DNA of 64,000 nt from Phoronis australis (lineage: Eukaryota; Animalia; Phoronida). The stretch lies in the NCBI GenBank assembly GCA_002633005.1, contig NMRA01000026.1, forward strand, positions 1,508,710 through 1,572,709, written 5' to 3'. Made by a program: the position numbers and the translations under genes. Of this stretch, positions 1 through 13,155 are shown one piece after another. Positions within the stretch are counted from its first letter, which is position 1; each line of letters starts with the position of its first letter. The notes under the pieces are model-generated. The model did not search any database, was not told the DNA's origin, and worked only from the letters and a program-made list of their open reading frames with translations.

Positions 1-427
1 CTAAAGTATAACAACAAAGCCCAATACAAACTTAAGCAGATTGCTTAACTTAACAGTTAAGCTGTCAGTAAGATCAGCTGACCTGAATTACCTAAGTTAG
101 ATTGTGAAGACCTCCTTAGATAAATGATGCAACATGCATGTTTCGACACTCCAGTTCAGCACTTGAAATCAAAGAGTATTAGATATCTAATATAGGATCT
201 AATCCAACACACTGTACAGTACAGGGATATCACCGAATGGAAAGATTCGGACTTAAAAACATTCAGACCCCCATTAGTATCCACTTATCAGGAATGGCAC
301 TCCACAGCAGTATGAAAAGCAGACTAAAATCACCGGGTATGTGAGTTTGAGAGTTGCTTACCGGATAATGTACACACAACCACACTAACACAAAACTTGA
401 CTCCACCAGGAGCAAAGCTACACGTAC

Positions 428-3400
428 CTGACTGTCCTCCATAACTTCCAGATGCTCGGCCACGGTCATCACTTCTCCAGGAATCACGACCACCTGAAAC
501 AGAAAGACTTGCTAATCACAATACGCATAACAACCCCAAGCCAAAAATCAGATGCCCATTCAAGAAGGGGATTTTATGATCTGAACACCAAGATCACTCA
601 GTACAACTATCTTTTAAACGCGCATGTACTACTAACAGCAAATTTCAACTCATATCTTCAATTCAACAAAATTAATTTCAAGCCCTACTGGGGTAACGGC
701 TTTCAAAAACTCTTAGCTGACATAAACAGCACAACATAATGACAGTCATCAATCAAATGATACACGTGCCTCACCAACACTAGCTCACTGACTTACCTTT
801 TCCTTGGTCTTGATACCGGTCCTGTACAGTCCTTCGGTCACTCTGACCTTGAGTGGATGAGCGTTCAGACTTCCAGTCAGACCTGGAGTCAGTACGACGC
901 TGGTCATCGCGCCCGTCACGGTTCGCCCTGCCTTGAAACTCTCGTCCGCCATTGGCAGTCCCGGCGTGGCGATCACTGCCTCGTGCCTGGGTCCTGTCAG
1001 TGCCGAACCTGACAAGACAACAGTCATACAAACACATATTATAGCAAGCTCATTCTTAACAGTGTTATACGCTAAAATAGGAGTTGCAGCTGAATAGCTT
1101 TCGGAGTGTGTCATGTACTGGAGTTTGAAGAATTTAAGCTTCCAAAACAGAAAATTCATGATCTTTGTTGAAATACAATTACATTTTACTAAGCTATGAC
1201 GCAAATCAACAAAGAAATCAAAAACACAGGCAAGAATGTCAAAGAGCATGCCGAACAAAAAAAGTTGCACTCCTGAAATTTCATCAACTAATTCACAAGA
1301 AGACTTTTATTAACTTTTCATGGGCAATAAGTTTAAAAATTCCAAGCTACAGCTGCAGTACATGTTTGTCAGTGGAAAGCTCCAATGATGTCAATCTAAA
1401 TCTGGGTTAAGCCTCAAAAACATATGTCAGGTCCACCATCGTTAACAATAAACAAAAAAACAGAGACAAATATAATACAATGATTTACTGAATTCAGTGA
1501 CAATTAGAACTTCTTAACTTTCAACTCAAACGATATTTACAAAGTTGCATCATGTTTTAAGTTGTTTTGCCCATAGCCTTGTAAAATTGGCAGCAGAATT
1601 AGTTCAAGCGAATAAACACTTTCATGCTCTCCCAATGCTAAGGGCTGTTCCAGTAAAATCCATGTGGGAGGGGACGGCAGTAGAAATAAAAATTTATTTG
1701 TGGTGGTCTTCAGAAAAAAACTCAAATTATGGGTGGTCGTTCCTGTAAAAAGTGATGCATAAAAAATGAGTGGTATTTTTTGACCTGTTAATGTTGACAG
1801 GTTGGTTACAAAACTCAAAAAAATGCAATTGGCATATATCCTAACTTATCTCAATACAAAAAAGCCCATATTGCCCGTGAACAGAGAGCAATATGTTCAC
1901 TAAGCCATTAATCAAGTCATGGGCAACTTGATTTGGGGCAACTGTTTGTCTGCAGTCCTATTGAATTGAAAAGTTATGCAACACTAAACTGGTGTTAACA
2001 CATATAAGAAAATTGATGATTTTTAAATAAAAAGTATGAGGATTAAGATAAACAAGTTCCAATATCCACTTGACATAGAAGTATAAGAGTTCGTGGAGAC
2101 AGTTTGAGATTCATAGATCCTTATAATTGAAAAAAATGTTCATTGAAATTACAGACACATGGTGAACAGAGACACCTGGTGGCTGCCAAAAGTATTGCTC
2201 ACAGGCTACTTTAGTTTTTGACAATATTGGACAAGACAACTAGTTCTTGTCTGTCAATCATCTAAGTTCTTAACAGGTCCTCCTGGAGGCAATTTGTTTG
2301 CAAGTGTTGGATTTTATATTTTAACCTATTAAAAATAATTAAAAAATCATGGGTCATGGGTTGGAGAAATAAATGAAAAAATATGGGCGGTGGGTACGAA
2401 ATAAAAGTGCCTTCCCCCCTCCCATACAGATTTTGCTGGAACAGCCCTAAAACATGTCGAATATTTCACATAATATTACCGGTCAAAGTTGTCGTTGCCC
2501 CTAGCTACTCTCGTGTCAGTAGCCCTTCTGTTGTCTTCCCTATTTCTCACAGCTCTGTCTCTATTGCCTCCCTAAAACCACAACAGGTAATGAAGACTTG
2601 ACATGCACTACAGAAAAACATAAACGACACAACCTAGTAGTTTAGTTTTACAGAGATCCAGGTGGTAGAATTTTTATTCAACAATGATCGGATAGCTAAT
2701 ATTTTCTGCTCATCAATGAAGCAGACCACATATTTATTCAACTGAGTGGCTGAAAAAAGTGTCCAAGTATTTTTCAAGTCTTGAAACAGATCGAGCTCAG
2801 AACCAGAGTGATGTGTACCTGGTCAGCCTGCATTCCACGCGAGTCGTGTCGATCATATCTCTCCACACGTCGCTCATACGCGTCAATGGTAGCAGTTGGC
2901 TCAACGATCCTGCGGTCAAATTCATACCTGCAAGACGTGTGAACTGATATTTAATCATTTTGGGTTGACAACTCCACTTGTATGTTGCCCAGCCACACTA
3001 CATAAGTAATGTTTTAAGTAATCTTATAACCCTGTGTAAACCAAAGGTCCAACTTTACTCCAACAACGAAACCAATCACCCAAGACTTTTTAAATGTGCG
3101 TAGTGGAAAACCTTGCTTTCAAATTTTTCCTTTCTTCAGGTATTGATTGACTGCGTACAAAGTGCAGGAGACGGTAGTTCCCCAATGCTACGGTGACATT
3201 GTTGCACATACCTGTTGTCAGGCAGGCTGCTACCCAGTGTGGTCCCACGGCTAACATCCGTAGCCAGGCGCTTGTTGTCCCAATAGGGATCAGAGCGGGG
3301 ACCAGCTCTGTCGTAAGTTCTCTTCTGAGCCCGCCTGGCCGCCTCTTGCTCAAGCCTGAATTATCAATAAAGTACAATTAACTTCAGGCACAACTGCATC

Positions 3401-6400
3401 GTGCTTAAATTTACGGTAAATATTCTTCAATTTGGGACAAAAATAATTGCTAAAATTGCCATATTTCTGTATTTCAGAGGCTTACCAGTGTTGCAAATGC
3501 TCAGAATTGGACCAAATGTTATTTGGCAAATAGCTAGACCATACAAAACCATGCAAACAGCAAATTAAGTTTTCCTGATAACTTATTTTTGTTGAGAAAT
3601 TTGACACAATGAAATTTTAGCCAAACGAAAGATTTTATACCTTAAGTAATGTAATACTAAAACAAGATGATTCATACATGAAGTTGTGCAATCCCAGATG
3701 CTAATAACTGCCTTGAGAAGTAACCTACATGAATGGAGCAGTGGGGCTGGTTGTATTCACTCCCTACACTTAACACTGGCGGATCAAACACATAGAACAT
3801 ACTTCCACTCAACCCCAACAGAAAAGCAAATAATATTAAACATCGACCATATTAAAACATGTCAAACAAATGGTACTTTTCATACAGATGCAATCTAGCA
3901 GTTGGGTCCACATTTCATTACCTAAGCTGCTCCAGTCTCTTGGCTTCCTCCCTCTCCCGCTCCAGCCGCTCACGTTCTCGCCTCTCCCTCTCTAGCCGAA
4001 TACGTTCACGTTCACGAATCTCCGCCTCCAGCTTGGCCTTTTCAAGAGCTTCCCGTTCAAGCCTAACAAAAACAAAAGTTACATAATTGGCAGGTGAAAA
4101 AGGGGAACTTCAGCATTCTCCAAGTTTATTTGTTAACAACAAAAATACCCATTCCAGGAGATCAAGTGCACAGGACAATGAACATTTGTTTTTAGAGGCA
4201 GTAATACAATTTTTAATTTTGAAAAATTCACTATTTCATATAAAGGCAAAGTAAAGTCTGCCATCAGTTTGCGAAGAGTTTTTATGCCAGATGTTGGAAC
4301 TTTTCAGTATTCTTGGCATCTAAGGTTCAACCTTGCCCTTGCACAAAATGTACACAGGCTCACCTGAGTCGATCTCTTTCCCTCTGCAGTCGCTGAGCCT
4401 CCTGCCGTTGCCTCAGCTTGGTTTCCTTCTGTCGTTCAAACTCCCGCCGCAAGGCTATGCGTCGCCGCCTCTCCTGTCTCTCCCGCTCCTGCTCTCGCTC
4501 CCTCACTCTCTTACGTCTCTCACGCTCAAACTGCAATTACATACCACATGCAATGAAAATAGATGTAATATAAAATTCAATAAGATGGCAGGTCAATCGC
4601 AGATACAGAAAGATCCCAGCTCAAGTCCAAGATCAGACAACGTTTCTCCAAAGGTAACAATGCTATTAATAATTTCCCACCTTCGTTTCATTAGAGAAGT
4701 ACAAACAACACAAACTTGTGAGGGCAGCATGACAACAGTTCATCAAGATAACTATCATTAACACCACTCACCTTGATCTGCTCAAACGTCTTAACCGGCT
4801 TGTCACCTTTCTTCTCTCCCTCAGCCCCTTCCTTCTTCCCCCCTTCTTTCTTCTCTCCCTCCTTCTCAACTGACCTCTTCACCTCTCCACCAGTCTCTTC
4901 CTCAACCACTTTGCTCTCCTCTCCCTTTTCATCCTCTCCCTTACTCTCTTTTGCCGCTTCAACAACGTTGGTTTCTTCAGCACCTACTGCTGGCACCACA
5001 TCTTCTCCCTCTTTCTTCTTCCCCTCCTCAGGCTTCGTCGTTACTTCATCTTTCTTCTCTTCAGCAGGCTTGGCAACTTCCTTCTTCTTGTCACTGACCA
5101 CCTTAGGTTTCTCATCCCGCCTTCGATCACTGGTTGTTCTGCCTGCAACAAAATGATTAGACAGTCATTACAAACAACATTACTGAATGATTAGACAGTC
5201 ATTACAAACAACATTACTAAATGATTAGACAGTCATTACAAACAACATTACTAAATGATTATACAGTCATTACAAACAACATTACTAAAACATCCAGAAT
5301 TTCAAGAATTCCTGCTTCCAAGATAAATTCACAACCAACAGATTACTACTAAGAACCATAAATTGCAAGAAATTGTATATCCATTCAATCACTGTACTAC
5401 AATTTTATAAACGTTTCAACTACTTCATCCTTTTAATGTTTGTGCTTAGCATAACAGTTTACCTCTACTCAGCTTGGGAGAAAATGAGTGTGTGGCTTGG
5501 ACAGGGAATAATCCAAATGGTAAGTGTTGAATAATCTTAACAGTAAGTGTTGTTGACATGTCTACACAAGCAGCACCTTTTGTCATGAAAGAACAGACTA
5601 ACATCAGCATTATCACTATCAAGATATCATACTTCGTTCTCGATTTGGCCCAGGTCTCGAGTTTCTCACATTTCCGGGACGCCTGTAGCGATCGTCTCTG
5701 CGCCCTGCAGGTCTGTGGCGGCTGTCATGATGTCTGTTGTCATGACGATGTCTGTGTCCATCACGGCGGTCACCTCCACTGTGTTCATGGGTCTTCTTCT
5801 CACCTTCCTTACTCGGTGTTACTAAAATGACCAAATGAAAGTTTAGTTTAATATAAACCACACTGACTGAGCAGATCAGTTGGGAATTAATCTTTCAGAA
5901 CCTTATGCTTGAAGAACCTCCAACTTCAGCATCACTATGGGCATGTGGCCATCATGAAATAAAACCCAATTTAGACCAACATAACAAGTCAAATAAGTGA
6001 TATGACACAACAAAGAAACCAAATTACATTTCGCATGATAAGCCTCTGAGTCAAATCATTTCATCTAAAAAACTTACTGAACGCGCAAACTTTGTTATCT
6101 CGTTTCTCTCAACATTGATAGCAAAAGCAAAGCCTTTGCAAGTAATTCTCAAGCACCTATGAAAACCACACAAGCTCACCAATCAACGGGAGTTTAATGA
6201 AATTTAGCAGACAACTAGTCACCTTTGTCTTCTTTTTTCTCCTCTTTCTTGTCCTCTACCTTCTCTTCCTTCTTCTCCTCAGGCTTCTTGGCCGGTGCAG
6301 ACCCGCTGGTGGAGTGTGGCCGCCTGGTGGACGAGTGGGGACCTTTGGAATGCGAGGCAGGGTCGTTTTTGGCCTGCAACATAATTAGACATGCCAGCTG

Positions 6401-9400
6401 GTGCCAACCGAGTAACATTCAGAAGAGCCTAGGTCACTCATATCTCTGCTGTGACCATAAGCAATGCCGACATGTGCAACTTGTACATATGTTAACAGCC
6501 CTCAATGCGACCTCAGATTGTGTTTGGCAACCTGGGAAAAATCTCAAATCATCAATGCGAGTATCAAAGCCAGACAATAATTCCCCCTCAATTCGTTGCA
6601 AGGTTCGTGTTGACTTCTAAACGTTAAATTATTAACACTTTTCCTAAATTTAATACCTTTGGTTCACAATTGTTTAGTTTATTTTGTGAAATCAGTGCAT
6701 TTGCCATGGCAGCAGTCAGCAGACATCAAACAAGTGCTTAAATTACAACAAGAAGTAGAGACGGAAGTAAAAAATTGTTAAACAAAAATCGCACAAGATC
6801 GGTGCAAGACACGCCACCAGTGTATGCGATCGTCTGTGCGTCGCTTGTAGCTCATTGGTGGGAGGAATTAAGTAAGAGAATGAATGTACGAATTTTACGC
6901 CAGATCGGCAACCCCATAATTCATTCGGTGACCTGGGATTTTCAGTTTTGGCGATCTCAGATTTCACTTGGCGACCTGACGCTTTTGCCAAATGCGACTA
7001 GGTGTCAAGCCAAGCGCTGAGTAATTGTAATGTATCTTAAGGGATTAGCTCAACACTGAACAGGAAGTAATCAGTGCAAGGCACCAAAAGTGATCGCCAG
7101 TAAATTACAGAAGTTTTGTACAACACCAACAGTGCAGCCTTCATTTAGAAAACATTAAGTGACACGCAAGGTTTTTGCTGCTATTGCTGTATCTAAACAC
7201 GTACCCGTTCGACAGAGATCATGCGACTATGCAGCTCGGTACGATGAAGGTTCTGGATACACTTGGACGCCTCCTCCGCTGTCGACATGGTAACAAAACC
7301 GTAACAACGAGAGCCAGGACTTCGCGCATTGGTGACTATCTTGGCACCAACAACCTGAAAGATACAAAGCAATAATGTTCACATCATTCTGTTCAGGACG
7401 TACTCTCAAAAATGTCATGCACCAAGATGAGTATGCGAGACGGCATACATTTGGACAAAGAACTCGAACACCACTCGCTAATTTTGCACACAACTTTGAT
7501 GCATTTAAACACAGCATTGCATAAATTCATAACATTCAGAGCATTTCAACATCTTCAGCTTCAACAATTTGACCAACCTACACCAATCACACTGTTAACA
7601 TACCTTCCCATGCTTGGTGAACAACGTCTTCAGATCAGTCGCTCGGGTTGTTGAAGACAAACCACTCACCCACAGATTGCGGCCGGTTCGATCCTTGCTA
7701 TCTGAAATGAATAAAGAACATATGAAAACACTCATCCCATGTTTATGTCAAGATCTGTTTACACGCAACTACGTAACGATTCCATTAAATACTGCTACTT
7801 AAGTAGGTTAGGTGAACAGGTCCAACCACACCACTCCCCAAACCAGAAGTCCATCGTACATTTTTCGCCTCAGTAACAGTGTTCACCCAAGGCAGCGCTT
7901 TTGCGACACTTGAAGAAACCAAACTGTAACAGACGCAAATTAGCTTGATGAATGTGTCACCTTGGATACAAACTTTTGTTTGAAGGTTGTGATAAATAGA
8001 ACTAAAAACAAAAAAAAATGTTTAGTTCTTTTCTTTGAACATCGTACCCAATCTAAATTCGGACATAACAGCACCGCTAGATCATTTCATTTTCCAAAGC
8101 CGAACCCATGGCACTGTTGCTGTTAGGTCATCGCAATATTGGACAGAATATCCTGTTATATTTGGTGTGATAGGGAGTAGACTCAATAACAGTCACAAAA
8201 ATGGCGTCAAAACACGAATATTATGAAAAATAAAAGCTTGTCCCATACTTCACCGGCATGCTTTTAAAGATTTCAGGACTAAGTTTCATGAAACCCAAAA
8301 AATTCAAATGGACCCCAAAAATATTGGAAGGGGGGTCAATTGGACCCCAGCTTTTGGAAGACTGAGACAAACAGTGCAGTAAGCTGAGATGCAAAGACAG
8401 CAATTATTACCTTTATCATCTTTCCCTTTTGAGGCATCCTTTGCAACAGCAGTAGAGCTATAAGAAGTCACAGTACAATCAGTACAACAGATAAAACCAA
8501 CAAGTATACACAAACGTTAAGGACTATGACACATGCACACATTAAACAAACTGTTCAACAAGCTGTGTAACTTCTGATCATTAAGACACAAAAACAGACA
8601 AGCCTTTTCAAAGGTCAACCAGAAAGAAGGTAGGTCCATATATTGATTGAATGCAGAAAGTTTATCAGAACTGAAATGTCGAGCTCCAGAACATAACGCC
8701 TATAAAGCACCATCACCACATGTTCTTCTAGCCTGCTCACATCGTCCCATGGTCACTTCCACTCCATCTCAGTCAACAAGAGGGGTGTCGAAAACGCTCA
8801 ACAATGGCGTTAAGCAGTAACCTTCCACCCAGTGAGCCACCGGAGCAAAATAAAAAACACGCTGCACTAGTAAGGGCATTGATGAAAATAGCGTTATTTG
8901 CAACTGACGTCAGAAGGGGTGCAAGTAGCCAAAATAATTTCAGAGAAGTGACATGACAATCATCATCACATATATCAAAAGATGCAAACAAACCTTTTGG
9001 CTTTGTCATCTTTATTAGTAGGCTCTGATGATTTTTTCTCCTCTGTTTTCACCCCACTCTGTGCCCCTCCTTCAGCAGTGGAAGGCTTGGTCTCAGCCTT
9101 GTCCCCTTCACCAGCCTCTGAGCCAGTTGCAGCGCCAGCAGCAGCCGTATTGCCAGGCTTGCTGTCTCCATTTGCTGTCTGTCCAGGTGTGGTGTCTACA
9201 TCAGCGCCACCAGTGACCACCATCTTGGGAGAGGACGACTGGTCTAGGTCATAGTCCAGATTGTCCTCCGTCTCGTCAACCATTACCACCAAGGATTCGT
9301 CTTCTTCCGTCTTCTTATGCCCTGAGTGCAGGGCGATGGTGTCGGCCGATGTGAGGACAGGGTCAGGGGGCTCCGGAAAGTCGCTCTTCGACGACACAGA

Positions 9401-12383
9401 CATAGCATCATTCACTGCCTCAGTCTCGGCTAGGGCATCATCATCCTCGTCTTCAGCGCCTGTTTCTTGGAAGCTAGATTCCAACTGGGGTTCTATAGAA
9501 AGTTAATGTAAAGTACTCATGACATCCCACACGTTCATATCATCGTGGCAGAAACGATTTTAAAATGTACAGTCACTTACCTCATGGGTCCACTGGGAGG
9601 AATTTTTTAATAAAAATCTAGTTTTTAACACCTTGCCTAACGACTTAATGGTAGTTGCTCATGTAACAATGATGGTAATGACTGCTGCTGGTCCTTCCAT
9701 TTACCTTCCCAGTTGACTAAAAGTAGCCTTGACAGAAGCGGTCTTGGCACGAATCTTGGTACTTCTCCAGCTACAACAGACTCCTTGCAAAACCAAACAC
9801 GGGTCTACAGCCAGCAGTTGTCTTCAGTCTTGGGTAAATTGACGATCAAATACAACTAGTTTTTGAAACATGTCCCTCCTTCAGCCGAGAACAATTTCGC
9901 ATCTTCTTCTAGGTATACAAATGATGGAAATCTTAACTGACCAGTCACCAATTATGCAAAGTTATTTTGTATTATGAACAGTCATCTTGGTTTCCATGAC
10001 ATCTTTCATCACCATCGTCCAACACACTTCTTCATCAATCTCCAGCGTTGATGAGGTAACCTCAGTTCCAACCAGCATCAGCAGCAAAGACTAAATGACA
10101 AAATCATGACTTCACATATTTACAATGTTTTACTCGATTCCTCCCAGTGGACGAGAAAAGAATAAGTATGCCAAAATTACCTTCAACTATTAAAAGATCG
10201 CCAGCATCGTCAACACCTGTAGAGTCCGTAGTTATCATGTCTCCATATAACTGAAACATCAATACAACATTTACTCTCAAACTGAAAACAAAACGGCAAG
10301 TCCACAGTCTGCCTGATGCAAACTAAAAGGTTTTACAACCAATGGTGCCAACAACTAAAAGCAGATAAACTATAACTGTCACTCTTGTATGCAGTGAATG
10401 ATACAACCCTGAGTTCATGAAACAAAGGCTTTTATCATATCAAAATGATGATGCCACCTGCCAACTTATACAGGCGGTTCTGCTATGCTAAATGTTTCAT
10501 GAGGGCACACTTGAACCCTGTGAAAAGTAGGTTAGAGGGCAATCAGTCCCAGGTAACAGGTCATCAGTGCTACACAAAATTACCCATTACTAACTAGACT
10601 ACAAAAACACAGATGCGGCTGAAAAGTCATCAGTTTAGTTCTTTAAGTATCCAACAAATGCGACATCATGAATGCTGTGAAGCCTGAAGACGGCTGGAAA
10701 AATTACCGTCTAAAAAAGCATGCTAATGTGAAATAGGCTATACGTAAAATAGGCTATAGGTTGGTGTAAATAGACTGAGAGATTTAGATATGATGTCATT
10801 GCATCACCACCTCAAAGGGGTTTAAGGAAGTAACCTACATCAGGGTTTTCCTCTTCATCATTCAACAGTGAGTCATCCAACTCTTCCATTTCCTCATCAT
10901 TGTCTTCTTCTTCTTCTTCTTGATCTGAAGTTTGAAAACAAATCAGCTGAAGAGTTTAGGTTAGTGATGGCCATACGAATCCATGAGCAGATGGTCTTGA
11001 AAAAAAATTATCATAAGCAGCATACACAAGTCATGTTCGGTTTCTTCTTCTTATCGTCTCATATTAAGCGACCACACTTAACATCGCTTGTTGTCGCTGA
11101 AGGCGATCGCCCTTCAATGGTAATGCTCAACTGATTAGATTTACTTTTTGATTGATGAACGAAACTACACTAAACTGTGTATGTGAAAACAGTTACCTGT
11201 CAACAATAACATTCAATACACATGTACTCACAAAATGATTTTCTCCCTTTCAGTGCTTTGTTATAGATAATATACTTATTAAATAAGTCAGATAACCAAA
11301 ACTTTTGAACTTGGATGTAAGAAAACATGGATGGCTACTGTTGTTTCTTAACATGTTATCAAATAAATTGCACTGGTAATAAGATTGGATTGAAGGCTAA
11401 AGAATTTCAAGAAGGACAAAAATTATTTAAAGGCAAGTGTAAATTTGATAGGCTTTCAGGATATTTTCACCAAAAAGTTATAGCCAGGCATGCGTTCTGA
11501 AGACATAGTTTCTGGCGAGACACTGCCATGAATTGCAAGCTAAGCACACAATCAAACTACCTTCCTTAGCGAGACTCTTGTGTCTGCGAAACTATACCTA
11601 GCTCCCACTGAAACTCAATTATCAAGTTGCCTATGAACATTCTAGTTTTAGGTCGTCCTCTGGCTACTTTAATGTGAGATCAACTGAAATAAGTTACTTT
11701 ACTTACGAGTTTTTTTCAGAGGAGTTTTTCTCGGGGAACTGTCTTCTAATTCAAATACATATGTTTCAGGATCATGCCCTTCATCAATTATTGCCTGAAA
11801 ACAACAATCAACAGTTTGACCAACATTTTTAAATCAACCTAATTGAAATTTTTAATATTCTTTTTAATTGTTCAACATTAACAACATGTTCTTTTAATAT
11901 CGTGTGGCCTTTCAGGTAAACAATGGCGTGTAAGCAGGTGAATTGTGAACCCATAAAACCTGAATCAACCTTCCCTGAGGGTGTGGGATGACGTAGTCAC
12001 GTGACATTTGCATACTGCGTGCACCACGCTCAATCCTCATAAAAACCCAACCAATTTCAGGCTTATAGAACAAACAGATTTTGAAGCGATGTGATTTGTG
12101 CTTCCACAAGTAGAGTAGAGAAAAAATGGTCGAGCGAGCTTGAAAATATTCAGACTTCGGAAGGACCAAAGAAAAACATGGAAAAATCCGCCATTTTGGT
12201 ATTCGTGGAAATCTAAAGGACTAACAAAACATAAATGCAAGCATTTTACCAAATTACCTTTTGTAATCTTTCAGTCAAAACAGCCTTTACACCAGTCTTT
12301 TCAAGATTTCTTTTTTCTAATTCTTGCCGCAAATCTACGACTCGCAAATCTGCTAATTTCTTGGAAGCACCTTCGGACGCCAT
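428..12383 (-). CDS. SAFB: Scaffold attachment factor B / SLTM family protein (SAP + RRM + Glu/Arg-rich coiled coil + RG-rich tail); multi-exon, 3' end lies beyond the left edge of the window
   Basis: Exons (minus strand, all GT-AG, phases consistent): 12383-12258 ([45 protein letters not shown] domain), 11794-11707, 10924-10839, 10250-10181, 9492-8994, 8457-8411, 7701-7604 ([26 protein letters not shown]), 7354-7205 ([54 protein letters not shown]-type RRM), 6373-6223, 5821-5633, 5142-4772, 4530-4364, 4062-3922 (ER-rich), 3355-3212, 2927-2819, 2571-2480, 1008-797, 493-428 (ends in a phase-1 donor, no stop seen). SAFB1/SAFB2/SLTM cannot be distinguished. Confidence 0.93.
1641..2448. mobile_element. 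Non-autonomous DNA transposon (MITE) with AGGGCTGTTCCAG terminal inverted repeats
   Basis: TIRs AGGGCTGTTCCAG / CTGGAACAGCCCT; homologous along its length to 33622-34955; TA(A)-rich flanks suggest a Kolobok-like target. Confidence 0.75.
5152..5287. repeat. 34-bp minisatellite x4 in a SAFB intron, adjacent to a 3' splice site
   Basis: Unit AATGATTAGACAGTCATTACAAACAACATTACT(G/A) starting at 5152, 5186, 5220, 5254. Confidence 0.95.
9581..10090 (-). other. Candidate poison (PTC-containing) cassette exon in SAFB
   Basis: Acceptor CATTTAG| at 10090, consensus donor GAG|GTAAGT at 9581 (second donor AAG|GTAAAT at 9705); flanking introns 90 and 88 nt; in-frame TGA at 10064-10062. Confidence 0.55.
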
Positions 12384-13155
12384 TTCACGCGGATGAGATG
12401 CAACTTTCCCGGATGTAATAAACCTCGTTGTGAAATCAAGATGGAAGCGCCCACTTCAAAATTGTTTCTGGACAGGTAACAAAACAGGGAGTATGACCAC
12501 AGGCACCCTCATCAACTGCTCGACGTTACTCTATAATTTATAGGTGGTATATAAGTGCGATCCAAAATGGCGGTTCTACGAGCAGGCGAGTTTGTGCTGA
12601 TCAAAGTTAGCGGAACAGTTAAAAACACTTCAAACCGGTAGGCGGTACTAGTACTGCTGTGTGTGAACTTGGAAATGGAATCTTGCTTAATCTCAAGATC
12701 GCGTAAGCGTGCAGTGGCGGATCTAGGATATCACAAGGGGGGGCCCAACATTTTGTCCGGCTGGAAGCATTTGCGCCAACTGAACCACGATTGTAGATGC
12801 GCNCTTGGAAGCACCTTCGGACGCCATTTCACGCGGATGAGATGCAACTTTCCCGGATGTAATAAACCTCGTTGTGAAATCAAGATGGAAGCGCCCACTT
12901 CAAAATTGTTTCTGGACAGGTAACAAAACAGGGAGTATGACCACAGGCACCCTCATCAACTGCTCGACGTTACTCTATAATTTATAGGTGGTATATAAGT
13001 GCGATCCAAAATGGCGGTTCTACGAGCAGGCGAGTTTGTGCTGATCAAAGTTAGCGGAACAGTTAAAAACACTTCAAACCGGTAGGCGGTACTAGTACTG
13101 CTGTGCGTGAACTTGGAAATGGAATCTTGCTTAATCTCAAGATCGCGTAAGCGTG
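12360..13155. repeat. Near-identical direct duplication (12360-12711 / 12804-13155) at a contig join; likely uncollapsed haplotypes
   Basis: 352-bp block repeated at offset 444, single N at 12803; covers the SAFB start codon and the putative TEDC2 first exon. Confidence 0.85.
12384..12566. promoter_or_regulatory. Compact bidirectional promoter between SAFB (-) and the TEDC2 transcription unit (+)
   Basis: Divergent ATGs at 12383 (-) and 12567 (+; duplicate 13011), both in YY1-like AAATGGCG context; TATATAA near 12548. Confidence 0.55.

Noticed and set aside
8909-8968. Possible C/D-box snoRNA on the minus strand (GTGATGA...CTGA...CTGA)
   Set aside because: Only ~60 nt, ~25 nt from the donor, weak terminal stem, and no rRNA complementarity that I could recognise.
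3859-9506. Plus-strand Ser/Phe/Leu-rich ORFs (e.g. 4333-4761, 4773-5156, 6225-6620, 8982-9254)
   Set aside because: Antisense shadows of the charged, low-complexity SAFB exons.
11561-11607. 47-nt exon-like segment in SAFB intron 2
   Set aside because: Frameshifting, weak donor, no compatible partner exon found; cannot be supported without transcripts.
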